A stretch of 64,000 nt of DNA, taken from positions 577,471-641,470 of the forward strand of contig CAWDZM010000001.1 in assembly GCA_963807165.1 (NCBI GenBank). The letters are read 5' to 3'. Origin of the DNA: an uncultured bacterium (lineage in GTDB: Bacteria > Patescibacteriota > Minisyncoccia > UBA6257 > 2-01-FULL-56-20). The translations under genes were made by a program, and so were the position numbers. The notes below the pieces were generated by a model, which was not told the origin of the DNA, searched no databases, and saw only the letters and a list, made by a program, of their open reading frames with translations. Positions 54,098 to 62,821 of this stretch are shown here, in pieces (the stretch's first letter is position 1; each line of letters begins with the position of its first letter).

Positions 54098-54595
54098 TTA
54101 CTTTATTTGATTCTCATAGATGCCAGTGACGAGTAGCCATGCGCCGGAAATAAGAAAAGCAAAGGTGAGCACGATACCTACAGAGGCTATATAAAGTCCG
54201 GCAATGTATCCCGATATAAGCAGGATAGAGCCGACTATCTGAGCTACGTAGCACGAGGTGCCCGCGATAAAGCGGCCAGTCCTGAGCCCCACCGAGCTTT
54301 TGCCAAGCTTTTTGGCCTGGATATATTTCCGAATGTACGTGAGCACCGCAAAGAGCGCGAAGAACAGCCACTCAGCGCCGATCCATTGATAGCTTTGATT
54401 GGCGATGAGCGCGAACGCGCAGATCATAAAGACGGCGCCGAAGCCGGTCAGCGTCGCCACGGCGCGATTCTTATGCGTCGCATCCTGGCTGATGATCGAA
54501 AGATTGATGGACATGGCGATGAATACCAATCCCGCGAGCGCCGCGGCGCCGTCTCCTATCATGACGAAAAAGTCGTACCATTGGCTGATGCCCAT
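54098..54595 (-). CDS. Small polytopic membrane protein
   Basis: W.DFF.....AAALAGLVFIAMSIN; about 5 TM. Confidence 0.75.
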   Translation of the reverse strand: MGISQWYDFFVMIGDGAAALAGLVFIAMSINLSIISQDATHKNRAVATLTGFGAVFMICAFALIANQSYQWIGAEWLFFALFAVLTYIRKYIQAKKLGKSSVGLRTGRFIAGTSCYVAQIVGSILLISGYIAGLYIASVGIVLTFAFLISGAWLLVTGIYENQIK

Positions 54596-54816
54596 TGCAC
54601 TATAATACTAAAAAGAAAATGAATTGGCTACGGGCGGAGGAGCGCTAAGCATAATAGCTCATTAGGAGTATAATTAATTCCATCATAACAATATGATCAT
54701 AAGAGGAAATTTTATCGGTGCGGCAATCGTTTCAATAATTTACACAGTCTATATTTTATGGAAACCTCTTGCCTCGCGTCCGCAAGAAATAATCGCGTTG
54801 GTGAATTACGCCCGAA

Positions 54817-55110
54817 ATGTACGACAAAAAATTGAAAGAGTATAAGGCAAAACAGTCTGATCTTTTGCAGCAAATGAACGATCACAGCCTAGCCGATCAA
54901 GAATATCATTTGACCGCAAGCAGGCTTCTAAGCATCTGTAAACGCGCTTTTGAGATATTTGAAAGTTCTGAACCCGCCGAAAAACGCGTTTTCTTGAATT
55001 TCATACTTCAGAACTCGACATTAAACGCTAGGAAGCCAGTGTTTATGCTGAAACCCGTGTTCCAAGGCATCGTAAAAGCGCACGATGACCACAAATGTAT
55101 TTCCCGTTAG
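54817..55110 (+). pseudogene. C-terminal remnant resembling a large serine recombinase
   Basis: Coiled coil followed by AFEIFESSEPAEKRVFLNFILQN...KPVF, recalled as typical of large serine recombinase C-termini; stop codon lies inside the att-like repeat; no catalytic N-terminus. Confidence 0.55.
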
Positions 55111-55234
55111 GGGTATCCTCAATAAATCCCATAAAATCTATCTAAAAATCGCCGGGTGCCTCAGTATACGACGTTAGAACCTGCTTGAGGGGATAGGGAT
55201 GATCAAGAAATCTCCTACGCCATCCCACATATTC

Positions 55235-56395
55235 CTACTTCACTTCATGCTCATCTGGCGTAAGCTTCACGAGGCCAAATTTTGCAGAAGCAGCCTTATG
55301 ATTAAATCCATCAACAGCTTCCGTAAAATTATGTCCCGATCCGTAAATCAAGGGAATTACTCGTTGTGTCGATTTGTCTTGATTTATGATACCAAGAGCC
55401 GCGTCTTCTCTGAGACGATGTCGATATTCTGGCTTATATTCTTTATCGGGAATAGAAGCTATTCTTTCCTTAAACGAGAAAGGTGCATCCGTTTTGTCGC
55501 GCGCCGCCTGATCCTCTGCGGGCAGTAGATTTATTTTACCTTCGGCATATAACTTTTCCGCGGCTCCCCATGCGTATATATTATCCCCGCGGATGAGTTC
55601 GTCTTCTCCTAATTTTTCAGCTTGGAGTTTAATGTTCTCGATCAGCTGAGGTATATTGTCTTTCGCGTGTTTTTCAAATGTCTTTTGGTATTGTTCGTCT
55701 GCATGGCCTGTTTTTTGAAAATTTTGGTATTCCCCTTTTATTTTAAGGTATTCTCTTTCAAGCTCGCATTTGTCCGAATAAAGAGTTTGGGCAACTATCC
55801 CTTCGCCAAGAACATCTCTCATCCCAGGTCCGTCATCGTCCGATGAGGAATTCGCCATTTCTAGGCTAGAGGCTAACACGTCATTTTGGAATTTTGCCCG
55901 ATTTTCTGTTACATGTGTTTTCACCTCATCAAGATCCCCCCTTTTTTCTTCCGGCGTTTGTCCTTCAACGTAGACCGTATCGGTTACACCTTTTTCCTTG
56001 AGATATAATAGGAGCTTTTCTATATTTTTTTGTGATGTGATAACTCGCTTTAATTCTGTCGGGGAAGTAGTTTCGATTAGCCTTCCAGGCAAATGAGTTT
56101 GTCCAATATGTAATATGGTCTTCTCTCCGCCGGGAACTTGTTGTTCAATCTGAAATTTCATTGCCAAATTCTCAAGAGGAAGTCCCTCGTGTTTTAACAC
56201 TTCCATCGTAGCCTCAGTGACTTGTTTATCGTGTTCTACGCTTCGCTCTATTCCCATTCCCGCACCAAAAATAGCTATCGCTAAAGCCATCACTCGCGCA
56301 GCTTTTGATTTGTAGACCGATTCAAAACGGCTCTTTTGAGATGTTTGTGGTTCGCTCTCGGCAGATGCCGTGGGGTCGGATTCAAATCTATTCAT
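55235..56395 (-). CDS. Hypothetical membrane-anchored protein (cassette 1 cargo)
   Basis: 386-aa ORF, one TM, HIGQTH / VYVEG / YGSGHNF motifs. Confidence 0.8.
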   Translation of the reverse strand: MNRFESDPTASAESEPQTSQKSRFESVYKSKAARVMALAIAIFGAGMGIERSVEHDKQVTEATMEVLKHEGLPLENLAMKFQIEQQVPGGEKTILHIGQTHLPGRLIETTSPTELKRVITSQKNIEKLLLYLKEKGVTDTVYVEGQTPEEKRGDLDEVKTHVTENRAKFQNDVLASSLEMANSSSDDDGPGMRDVLGEGIVAQTLYSDKCELEREYLKIKGEYQNFQKTGHADEQYQKTFEKHAKDNIPQLIENIKLQAEKLGEDELIRGDNIYAWGAAEKLYAEGKINLLPAEDQAARDKTDAPFSFKERIASIPDKEYKPEYRHRLREDAALGIINQDKSTQRVIPLIYGSGHNFTEAVDGFNHKAASAKFGLVKLTPDEHEVK

Positions 56396-56769
56396 ATGTG
56401 CATTATATCTGCGTTGCTTAGAAATTGTCTATGCTCAAAATTTCTTCACGCACTACAGGTTCTATTTCCCGTTAGGGGTATCTTCTGTAGGTCCTATAAT
56501 ATCTATCTAAAAATCGCCGGGTGCCTTAGCATCACGATGTCAGAACCTGTTTGGCGCGAAGATAAAAAAGCGGCCCAGATCGCTTAGTGCAATCTGGGCC
56601 CTTAGGTGTTGAAGGAATCGTCTTAGTCCACTAGAATCTCCAGAAAGCGCAATCGCTTCCTGCGAAGGGCGTACTTGATGGCATTGCCACGCCGGTCGAC
56701 AGTAATGTCCGCCAGCGTGCTTTCCCTGACTTGATTTTCAAACCTTATGAATTAATGTAAGCTGAAGCC

Positions 56770-57735
56770 ATGGGAAAAAGATTCGAGCAGCCATACGGCG
56801 AGGAAGAAGCCGCTATTGAGGCGGAGAGAATAAAGGATCTGGTTGGAAAATCAGGAACGAACAATGATTATTCCATGGCTCACGAGCTCATCGAAAGCGA
56901 GCGACAGAAAGAGCGAACGGAATTATTTGAAAAAAAGACGTTGGCAGTATTTGATACCTATCGCAAAATTCTTGAAAGCCTTGATTCAAATGAAATTAAG
57001 GACATCAGCCTCGCCTCGATAGGGTGGGAGCATCTTGGACAATATAGACAGCGCGAAAAGAAAAAGGATGGATCGAATAGCGATTTTTGGATGCGCTCGA
57101 TAATCGGAACCTCCGAGAGATTTGAAACCGATGAATTGGGAAATTCCCATTTTCTTTCCCCGGAAGAAAAAGATGGATATATAAGATTTGATTATCGCAG
57201 TTCCAGCGATGGAGGTGATGATCTTTACGAGGAACAGCCAGGGAAATGGATTACCCATGAGGGATTTCGTCATGAATCTAAAGAATATCTTCGAAACGAT
57301 TTAAGTCCAAAAGTTCGGCAGGAAAGAATATTCCATCTCTACGATCGCTTAACAAGCCTCGATACAATCGGCGTTTTTAATTATCATAACGAAGAAAGTG
57401 TTATAGATATTACCTCCCCGGAGATCACGAAATTTATTACGGATTATAGCGATGTTCTTAAAAAAATTGAAGGAGTTAAAGATCGACAGATAGGGCATGA
57501 TAGGCAGATGAAGCTGATCGATAATCTTGAACACAGGAGAAAACAGCTCCATGATGAAGCTGCCGAGGAATTACAGAGGGAAATGGAAAAGGATGGCGTT
57601 TTGATCGGGATAGAAAACGCTCGCCATTTATTAGCTCTTGTTTTTGAGATGAAGAAAAATCTACTCGAGGGCAATGAATTTGATATTTCATATACAAGCG
57701 AAGAGGACACGGGAGGAGCTTCAGAAAAAAATTAA
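56770..57735 (+). CDS. Hypothetical charged protein (cassette 2 cargo)
   Basis: 321-aa E/K/D-rich ORF, visibly AT-richer than the core genes. Confidence 0.8.
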   Translation: MGKRFEQPYGEEEAAIEAERIKDLVGKSGTNNDYSMAHELIESERQKERTELFEKKTLAVFDTYRKILESLDSNEIKDISLASIGWEHLGQYRQREKKKDGSNSDFWMRSIIGTSERFETDELGNSHFLSPEEKDGYIRFDYRSSSDGGDDLYEEQPGKWITHEGFRHESKEYLRNDLSPKVRQERIFHLYDRLTSLDTIGVFNYHNEESVIDITSPEITKFITDYSDVLKKIEGVKDRQIGHDRQMKLIDNLEHRRKQLHDEAAEELQREMEKDGVLIGIENARHLLALVFEMKKNLLEGNEFDISYTSEEDTGGASEKN

Positions 57736-58013
57736 GGAAACATTCGGCTTTGAATCCGAAGTAAAATTATATATATTGCCAGGTGGAATGCACGAACTAG
57801 ATGCAGATTCATTATAGCGAGAGCGACGCAGAAGAAATTACCTTTCAAAATACTCGTTACTCTCTAATCGTGGATATTCCCGAAGGTAATCTTGTTACGC
57901 ACAGAGAAATAGCAGAATTTATATCCTCTTATTTTGAAGGATTGAAATAAAGGTTCTATTTCCCGTTAGGGGTACCTTCTGCACGCCCTATTAAACCTAT
58001 CGAAAAATCGCCG

Positions 58014-58085
58014 GGTGCCTAACGGGAATCGGACCCGTATTGCTACTGCCACAGAGTAGAGCTTTACCATTAAGCTATAGGCACC
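58014..58085 (-). tRNA. tRNA-His(GUG)
   Basis: Encoded G-1, GTGCCTA/TAGGCAC-C acceptor stem, CTACT-CTGTGGC-AGTAG anticodon arm. Confidence 0.93.
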
Positions 58086-58090
58086 ATCAT

Positions 58091-58573
58091 CTACTGATCT
58101 GCTATTTCTATATTATGAACGTGTTTCAGGAAATGGCAATTGTGGCATAACCACATCAGATTTTCGATGTTGTTATGCCTTCGGTTCTCATCAATATGAT
58201 GGACAAGGAGTACTCGAAAATCGTCAGTTCCGCAGTTACTGCATACCGCCGGGATGTCGCTTCGTATCATGATATTTCGATACGCATTTTCGCCATGTCG
58301 CCAGCCCGGATGCTGTTCTCCGATAATCACGTTCTTGTTCTTCCATATCGCGAGGCAGGATTTATCACAGAAGAACGTTTGGCTCTTTGAATGTTTAAAG
58401 TGCTTCGGAGTGCGATAGACCAACTTGCCGCACGCTGCGCATTTTACTTCGATCCCATTTTTCTGTCCTTTAAACTGACATATTCTTGAACAGAATTTCC
58501 CCCAGCCCATTTTTAAATGGCGGGGTTTTGCGTAAAACGATCGCGAGCAAATTTGGCAATTTACATACGGCAT
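58091..58573 (-). CDS. HNH endonuclease with N-terminal zinc fingers
   Basis: Two CxxC...FCxxxC repeats; CSNC...VHHIDENRRHN..ENL..LCHNCH. Confidence 0.88.
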   Translation of the reverse strand: MPYVNCQICSRSFYAKPRHLKMGWGKFCSRICQFKGQKNGIEVKCAACGKLVYRTPKHFKHSKSQTFFCDKSCLAIWKNKNVIIGEQHPGWRHGENAYRNIMIRSDIPAVCSNCGTDDFRVLLVHHIDENRRHNNIENLMWLCHNCHFLKHVHNIEIADQ

Positions 58574-58784
58574 TGCGCATATTTTATCGCGCTCATGTTC
58601 AAATGTAAACCCTTCGTTTTGATACAAACCGTCGCCTTTCCATTAGAAACATTTAATTTGCCTCACAGATTGTAGCGTTATCCTTTCCTTTTTGCAACCA
58701 GGTTTTGGGAGTATGATTATGGCATGGTGTAACACTCTTTGCGGAATCGACCAGCAACATTAATCAGCTAATCTATGTACTCCA

Positions 58785-60035
58785 ATGAATTATTCAGCCA
58801 TACAAAAGGAAGACCCGCAGATATACGAGATTATTAAAAGGGAAGAGCAGCGGCAAAAGGAGGGCATCGAATTGATCGCGAGCGAGAACTACGTTTCGAC
58901 CGCAGTGCTGACCGCGATGGGTTCCATCCTTACCAATAAATATAGTGAGGGATACCCGGGCAAGCGTTACTACGGGGGCAACGAAATAATCGATCAGGTG
59001 GAAAACTTGGCGATCGAGCGCGCAAAAGAATTATTCGGTGCGGAGCATGTGAACGTCCAGCCGCTCTCCGGTTCGCCGGCAAACCTTGCGGTGTACATGG
59101 CGCTCTTACAGCCTGGCGATAAAGTTTTGGGATTTTCTTTGGATCAAGGCGGCCATCTTTCACACGGACATCCGCTGAACTTTTCCGGAAAGCTGTACAC
59201 GATCATTCCGTATTTTGTTGATAAGAAAACTGAGCTCATTGATATGGATGAAGTGGAGGCGATCGCGATGCGTGAGAAACCAAAGATGATCTTAGCTGGA
59301 TTTTCTGCGTATTCGCGCTCGATGGACTGGGCGCGCTTCCGCGCGATCGCGGACAAGTGCGGCGCGTATTTGTTCGCTGACATCGCGCACATCGCCGGGC
59401 TTGTGGCGGGGAAGCAGCTCGAGAATCCGATCCCGTTCTGCGACGTCGTCTCGACGACCACGCACAAGACCTTGCGCGGGCCGCGCGGTGCGATGATCAT
59501 GTGCCGCGAGCAGTTCGCGTCCGCGATCGACAAGGCGGTGTTCCCGGGTGTGCAGGGCGGTCCGCATGATCACATCAACGCGGCGAAAGCGATCGCATAC
59601 GGCGAGGCGCTCAAGCCGGAGTTTGCGGAGTACTCGAAGGCCGTGATCGCAAATGCGCGGGCACTCGCCGGAGCGTTGCAAGAAAAGGGCTATCGCATCA
59701 TCTCCGGCGGCACGGACAATCACTTAATGCTCGTGGATGTTTTTGGCAGCAAGGGCATTACCGGCAAAGAAGCAGAGAAGGCGCTGGAGAAAGTGGGTAT
59801 CTCGATCAATAAGAATATGATTCCGTTTGATCCGCGCAAGCCGCTCGATCCATCGGGCGTGCGCCTCGGAACGCCCGCGCTCACCACGCGCGGATGCGGC
59901 GTGGCCGATATGAAGACCGTTGTCGACTTGATTGACGAGACGCTTGCGCACCGGGAGGACGACGCGGCGCTCGCGGCAATCCACGAAAAGGTGAAAACAT
60001 TCTCACTGCGATTTCCGGTGCCGGGCATCGAATAG
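58785..60035 (+). CDS. glyA: Serine hydroxymethyltransferase
   Basis: LIASEN, YSEGYPGKRYYGG, GGHLSHG, STTTHKTLRGPRG. Confidence 0.98.
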   Translation: MNYSAIQKEDPQIYEIIKREEQRQKEGIELIASENYVSTAVLTAMGSILTNKYSEGYPGKRYYGGNEIIDQVENLAIERAKELFGAEHVNVQPLSGSPANLAVYMALLQPGDKVLGFSLDQGGHLSHGHPLNFSGKLYTIIPYFVDKKTELIDMDEVEAIAMREKPKMILAGFSAYSRSMDWARFRAIADKCGAYLFADIAHIAGLVAGKQLENPIPFCDVVSTTTHKTLRGPRGAMIMCREQFASAIDKAVFPGVQGGPHDHINAAKAIAYGEALKPEFAEYSKAVIANARALAGALQEKGYRIISGGTDNHLMLVDVFGSKGITGKEAEKALEKVGISINKNMIPFDPRKPLDPSGVRLGTPALTTRGCGVADMKTVVDLIDETLAHREDDAALAAIHEKVKTFSLRFPVPGIE

Positions 60036-60055
60036 CGCTCAAAAAATATTTCCGC

Positions 60056-60667
60056 ATGGCAACTTCTCACCGTGCAAAGATAGCCCATTTAAAAAAGAGC
60101 GATCCGGTGTTAAAAATTATCATCGAGGGGATCACGCTGCGCGAGATCACTGCCACTCGAGAGCCGTTCGAAGCGCTTGTAGAAGCAATCGTGAGTCAGC
60201 AACTTTCGGTCAAAGCGGCCGACACGATCTTTGCGCGGTTCGTCGCGCTCACGCCGGGAAAGAAATTTCCGATGCCGCGTGAGATTTTGAAAATGCGGAC
60301 GGCAAAGATGCGCACGTGTGGGCTGTCGCGCATGAAGGTGAGTTTTATGAAAGATCTCGCAAAGAAAACATTGGATGGCACGCTCGATTTTAAGCGCATG
60401 GATAAGATGAGTGACGAGGAGGTGATCGAACATTTGGTGAGCGTGAAGGGGATCGGGCGGTGGACCGCGGAGATGTTCCTGATTTTTTCACTCCAGCGCG
60501 ACGACGTGTTTTCGTACGGCGACCTCGGCCTGCGGAACGCGCTCCAGCGTATATATAAAATAAAGCATCCGCCGACGCCCGCGCAGGCGGAGAAGATCAC
60601 CGCCAAGTGGCAGCCGCACCGCAGTTTGGGGTCGCGCTATCTGTGGGCGAGTTTGGATAATAAATAG
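60056..60667 (+). CDS. DNA-3-methyladenine glycosylase (AlkA-like HhH-GPD)
   Basis: IVSQQLS, VKGIGRWTAEMFL, GDLGLR. Confidence 0.92.
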   Translation: MATSHRAKIAHLKKSDPVLKIIIEGITLREITATREPFEALVEAIVSQQLSVKAADTIFARFVALTPGKKFPMPREILKMRTAKMRTCGLSRMKVSFMKDLAKKTLDGTLDFKRMDKMSDEEVIEHLVSVKGIGRWTAEMFLIFSLQRDDVFSYGDLGLRNALQRIYKIKHPPTPAQAEKITAKWQPHRSLGSRYLWASLDNK

Positions 60668-60737
60668 AGCGTGTCGCGGTGGCGCATAGCCCGCGGCGGT
60701 TGCCGGACGGGCCGTTTTGCGGCACAATACTCAAGAT

Positions 60738-61571
60738 ATGATCATCGACGGAAAGACCATCGCGAGCGATATTATAGAGCGGTTGCGCGCCCTGCCAAAA
60801 ACTGGGAAGTTTTTTGCCGCGATACTTGTGGGAGACGATTCGGCCTCACTTAATTTTTTAAAGCAAAAAGAGCGCGTGGCGCGCGAGCTTGGCATCGAGT
60901 TCCGCCTGCATCAGCTTCCACTTGATATTACGACTGACGTGCTCCGTGCGGAGATCGGCCGGCTCGCCGAGCCGAAGACGTGCGGTGCGTTCATCGTGCA
61001 GTTGCCACTCCCGGAAAAGATCAATCGGTATTATGCGTTGAATGCAATACCGAAAGAGAAGGATGTTGATTGCCTCAGCGAGGCGGCGCTTGGTGCATTC
61101 TACACAGAGCGTGGAAAGATTGCGCCGCCGTCGGTCGCCACCGTTGAGGAAATTTTAAAGAGGCACTATGGAGATATCGCAAAGAACCCGGGCGCGTTGC
61201 GTGAATTGAAAGCGGTCGTCATCGGCGCAGGATTTTTGATTGGTAAGCCGGTAGGATTCTGGCTACAAAATCGCGTAGCAGAACTGGTGGTACTCGATGC
61301 GAATGTAAAGAACATCCATGACAAGCTGAGTGATGCTGATATCGTGATCGCCGGCGCCGGCCACGCCGGACTCTTTAATGCGCAACACCTTAAATCCGGC
61401 GCTGTCGTGATCGACTTCGGTTTTAATCGCGCCGCCGACGGAAAAAATATCGGCGACTTTGATTCCGCTGGCGCGGAAGAAGAAAACATTCACTATACTA
61501 AAACCCCCGGTGGCACTGGCCCGGTCCTCGTTGCAAAGCTCTACGAGAATTTCTATACGCTGAATAGTTGA
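60738..61571 (+). CDS. folD: Methylene-THF dehydrogenase/cyclohydrolase
   Basis: IIDGK, IVQLPLP, KDVD, VIDFG, TPGGTGP. Confidence 0.93.
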   Translation: MIIDGKTIASDIIERLRALPKTGKFFAAILVGDDSASLNFLKQKERVARELGIEFRLHQLPLDITTDVLRAEIGRLAEPKTCGAFIVQLPLPEKINRYYALNAIPKEKDVDCLSEAALGAFYTERGKIAPPSVATVEEILKRHYGDIAKNPGALRELKAVVIGAGFLIGKPVGFWLQNRVAELVVLDANVKNIHDKLSDADIVIAGAGHAGLFNAQHLKSGAVVIDFGFNRAADGKNIGDFDSAGAEEENIHYTKTPGGTGPVLVAKLYENFYTLNS

Positions 61572-61614
61572 CGAGCAGCAGCGGTCAGGGTATAAAGTGA
61601 GCGGAGGGTTAGAT

Positions 61615-61833
61615 ATGGATGAGCCCGTCAATAGTGCCCCGTGTACCTTTCTCTTAACTGTGGATCTGGGAGATTTATGTGAAGATTCCGGCGCGAGGGA
61701 GCGCCTTTCTGAACATCTCTCTCTGTGTGAATTCTGTAGGAACGCCCTTGGTCAATTGAGCCGTGCGGAATCTCTCGCATCGAGGGAGTTGGCCGTGGCG
61801 TTAAGCAAGACACCATGCCAGCCGTGCAAATAA
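61615..61833 (+). CDS. Small zf-HC2-like ORFan
   Basis: EHLSLCEFCR; TTGACG 61568 / TATAAA 61591; GGAGG SD; terminator. Confidence 0.55.
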   Translation: MDEPVNSAPCTFLLTVDLGDLCEDSGARERLSEHLSLCEFCRNALGQLSRAESLASRELAVALSKTPCQPCK

Positions 61834-61880
61834 CTACATGCGCTGTCCCGTTAACGCGGGTCGGCGCATTTTTTTGTTTG

Positions 61881-61952
61881 TGCGCGCTGAGGGAGTTGAA
61901 CCCCCGACCCACTCGGTGTAAACGAGTTGCTCTACCGCTGAGCTAAGCGCGC
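61881..61952 (-). tRNA. tRNA-Val(UAC)
   Basis: GCGCGCT/AGCGCGC-A acceptor stem, ACTCG-TTTACAC-CGAGT anticodon arm. Confidence 0.95.
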
Positions 61953-62453
61953 TAATTGAATGATAGTAGCGAAAATAGCTACGCTTTGCAATCCGGCATC
62001 ATAAAAATGGTTATCCCCATTTTTGTAAATAACTAAATGTGTTTATACTAAAAATAGCAGGAAATGATTTACACCTTACTGACTCTGGCGGAGTTACCAA
62101 GGTCATGATTCGAGAGCGCAATTTCTCGAAGACAGTATCAAATAGTGTCATGGGGGCGCGAGGAGTTATGATAGACATCTTCCGCGATTATGAATGTGAT
62201 GGTGGCTGCGGGATATGACTACCCGTCCCGGCACAACGAGCTATTCAACTTTGCCGAAAAGGGCAAAGCGCGGCGAGGCATCGCTTGTAGCGGCGATTGC
62301 CAGGAATGTTGGATAAATCACGGACGCTGCGTAGCTCTCACTGTGGCTAAAAGCATCGAGAACAAAATCTGTATCCTCAAAGGTTTATGCATTACATCCC
62401 CCGCGAATCACAGGTTTAAAGCCCCGATTATTCGCGGGCTCTTTTTTATTTTG

Positions 62454-62524
62454 TCGGGATGCAGGGAATTGAACCCTGTCTAACTGCTCCCAAAGCAGTC
62501 GTACTACCGGTATACGACATCCCG
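62454..62524 (-). tRNA. tRNA-Pro(UGG)
   Basis: CGGGATG/CATCCCG-A acceptor stem, ACTGC-TTTGGGA-GCAGT anticodon arm. Confidence 0.93.
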
Positions 62525-62620
62525 TTTATATTGGATCGGCACAGTGCGCGCCAAGTGAGCCTCTTTAAAGTATCCTACTTTTGGTTTAGAATCAATGCGT
62601 CGAACGATATCGTTCGATTT

Positions 62621-62692
62621 GCCCTGGTAGTTCAATGGATAGAACAGAGCTCTTCTAAGGCTTTGATGTAGGTTCGATTCCTACCCGGGGCA
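62621..62692 (+). tRNA. tRNA-Arg(UCU)
   Basis: GCCCTGG/CCGGGGC-A acceptor stem, GAGCT-CTTCTAA-GGCTT anticodon arm, GTTCGATT. Confidence 0.93.
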
Positions 62693-62821
62693 CAACGCAG
62701 TGAGACCAGACCGAGCCGGTAAATGCTACGTTTTTCGAGATGAGTCCAGGTCGTCCCGCCTGTACATCGGACTGGCAACGGACTTCGAGACACTCTTCGT
62801 TGATTTGTTATAATATAAAAT

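Larger units (their letters stand above)
55098..58020. mobile_element. Tandem cassette array at the tRNA-His 3' end (three 64-bp att-like repeats)
   Basis: TATTTCCCGTTAGGGGTA-N28-AAAAATCGCCGGGTGCCT at 55098, 56463 and 57957; the third copy runs into the tRNA. Confidence 0.8.

Noticed and set aside
55098-58020. CRISPR array or classical integron attC array
   Set aside because: Spacing is 1.4-1.5 kb, there are no cas or intI genes, and no RYYYAAC/GTTRRRY attC ends are seen.
58640-58784. ZTP, THF or glycine riboswitch upstream of glyA
   Set aside because: No conserved aptamer motifs are visible.
62060-62483. Cys-rich ORF 62190-62483 or a riboswitch between tRNA-Val and tRNA-Pro
   Set aside because: The ORF runs through a terminator into a tRNA, the SD-led starts give only very short peptides, and no riboswitch consensus is recognisable.
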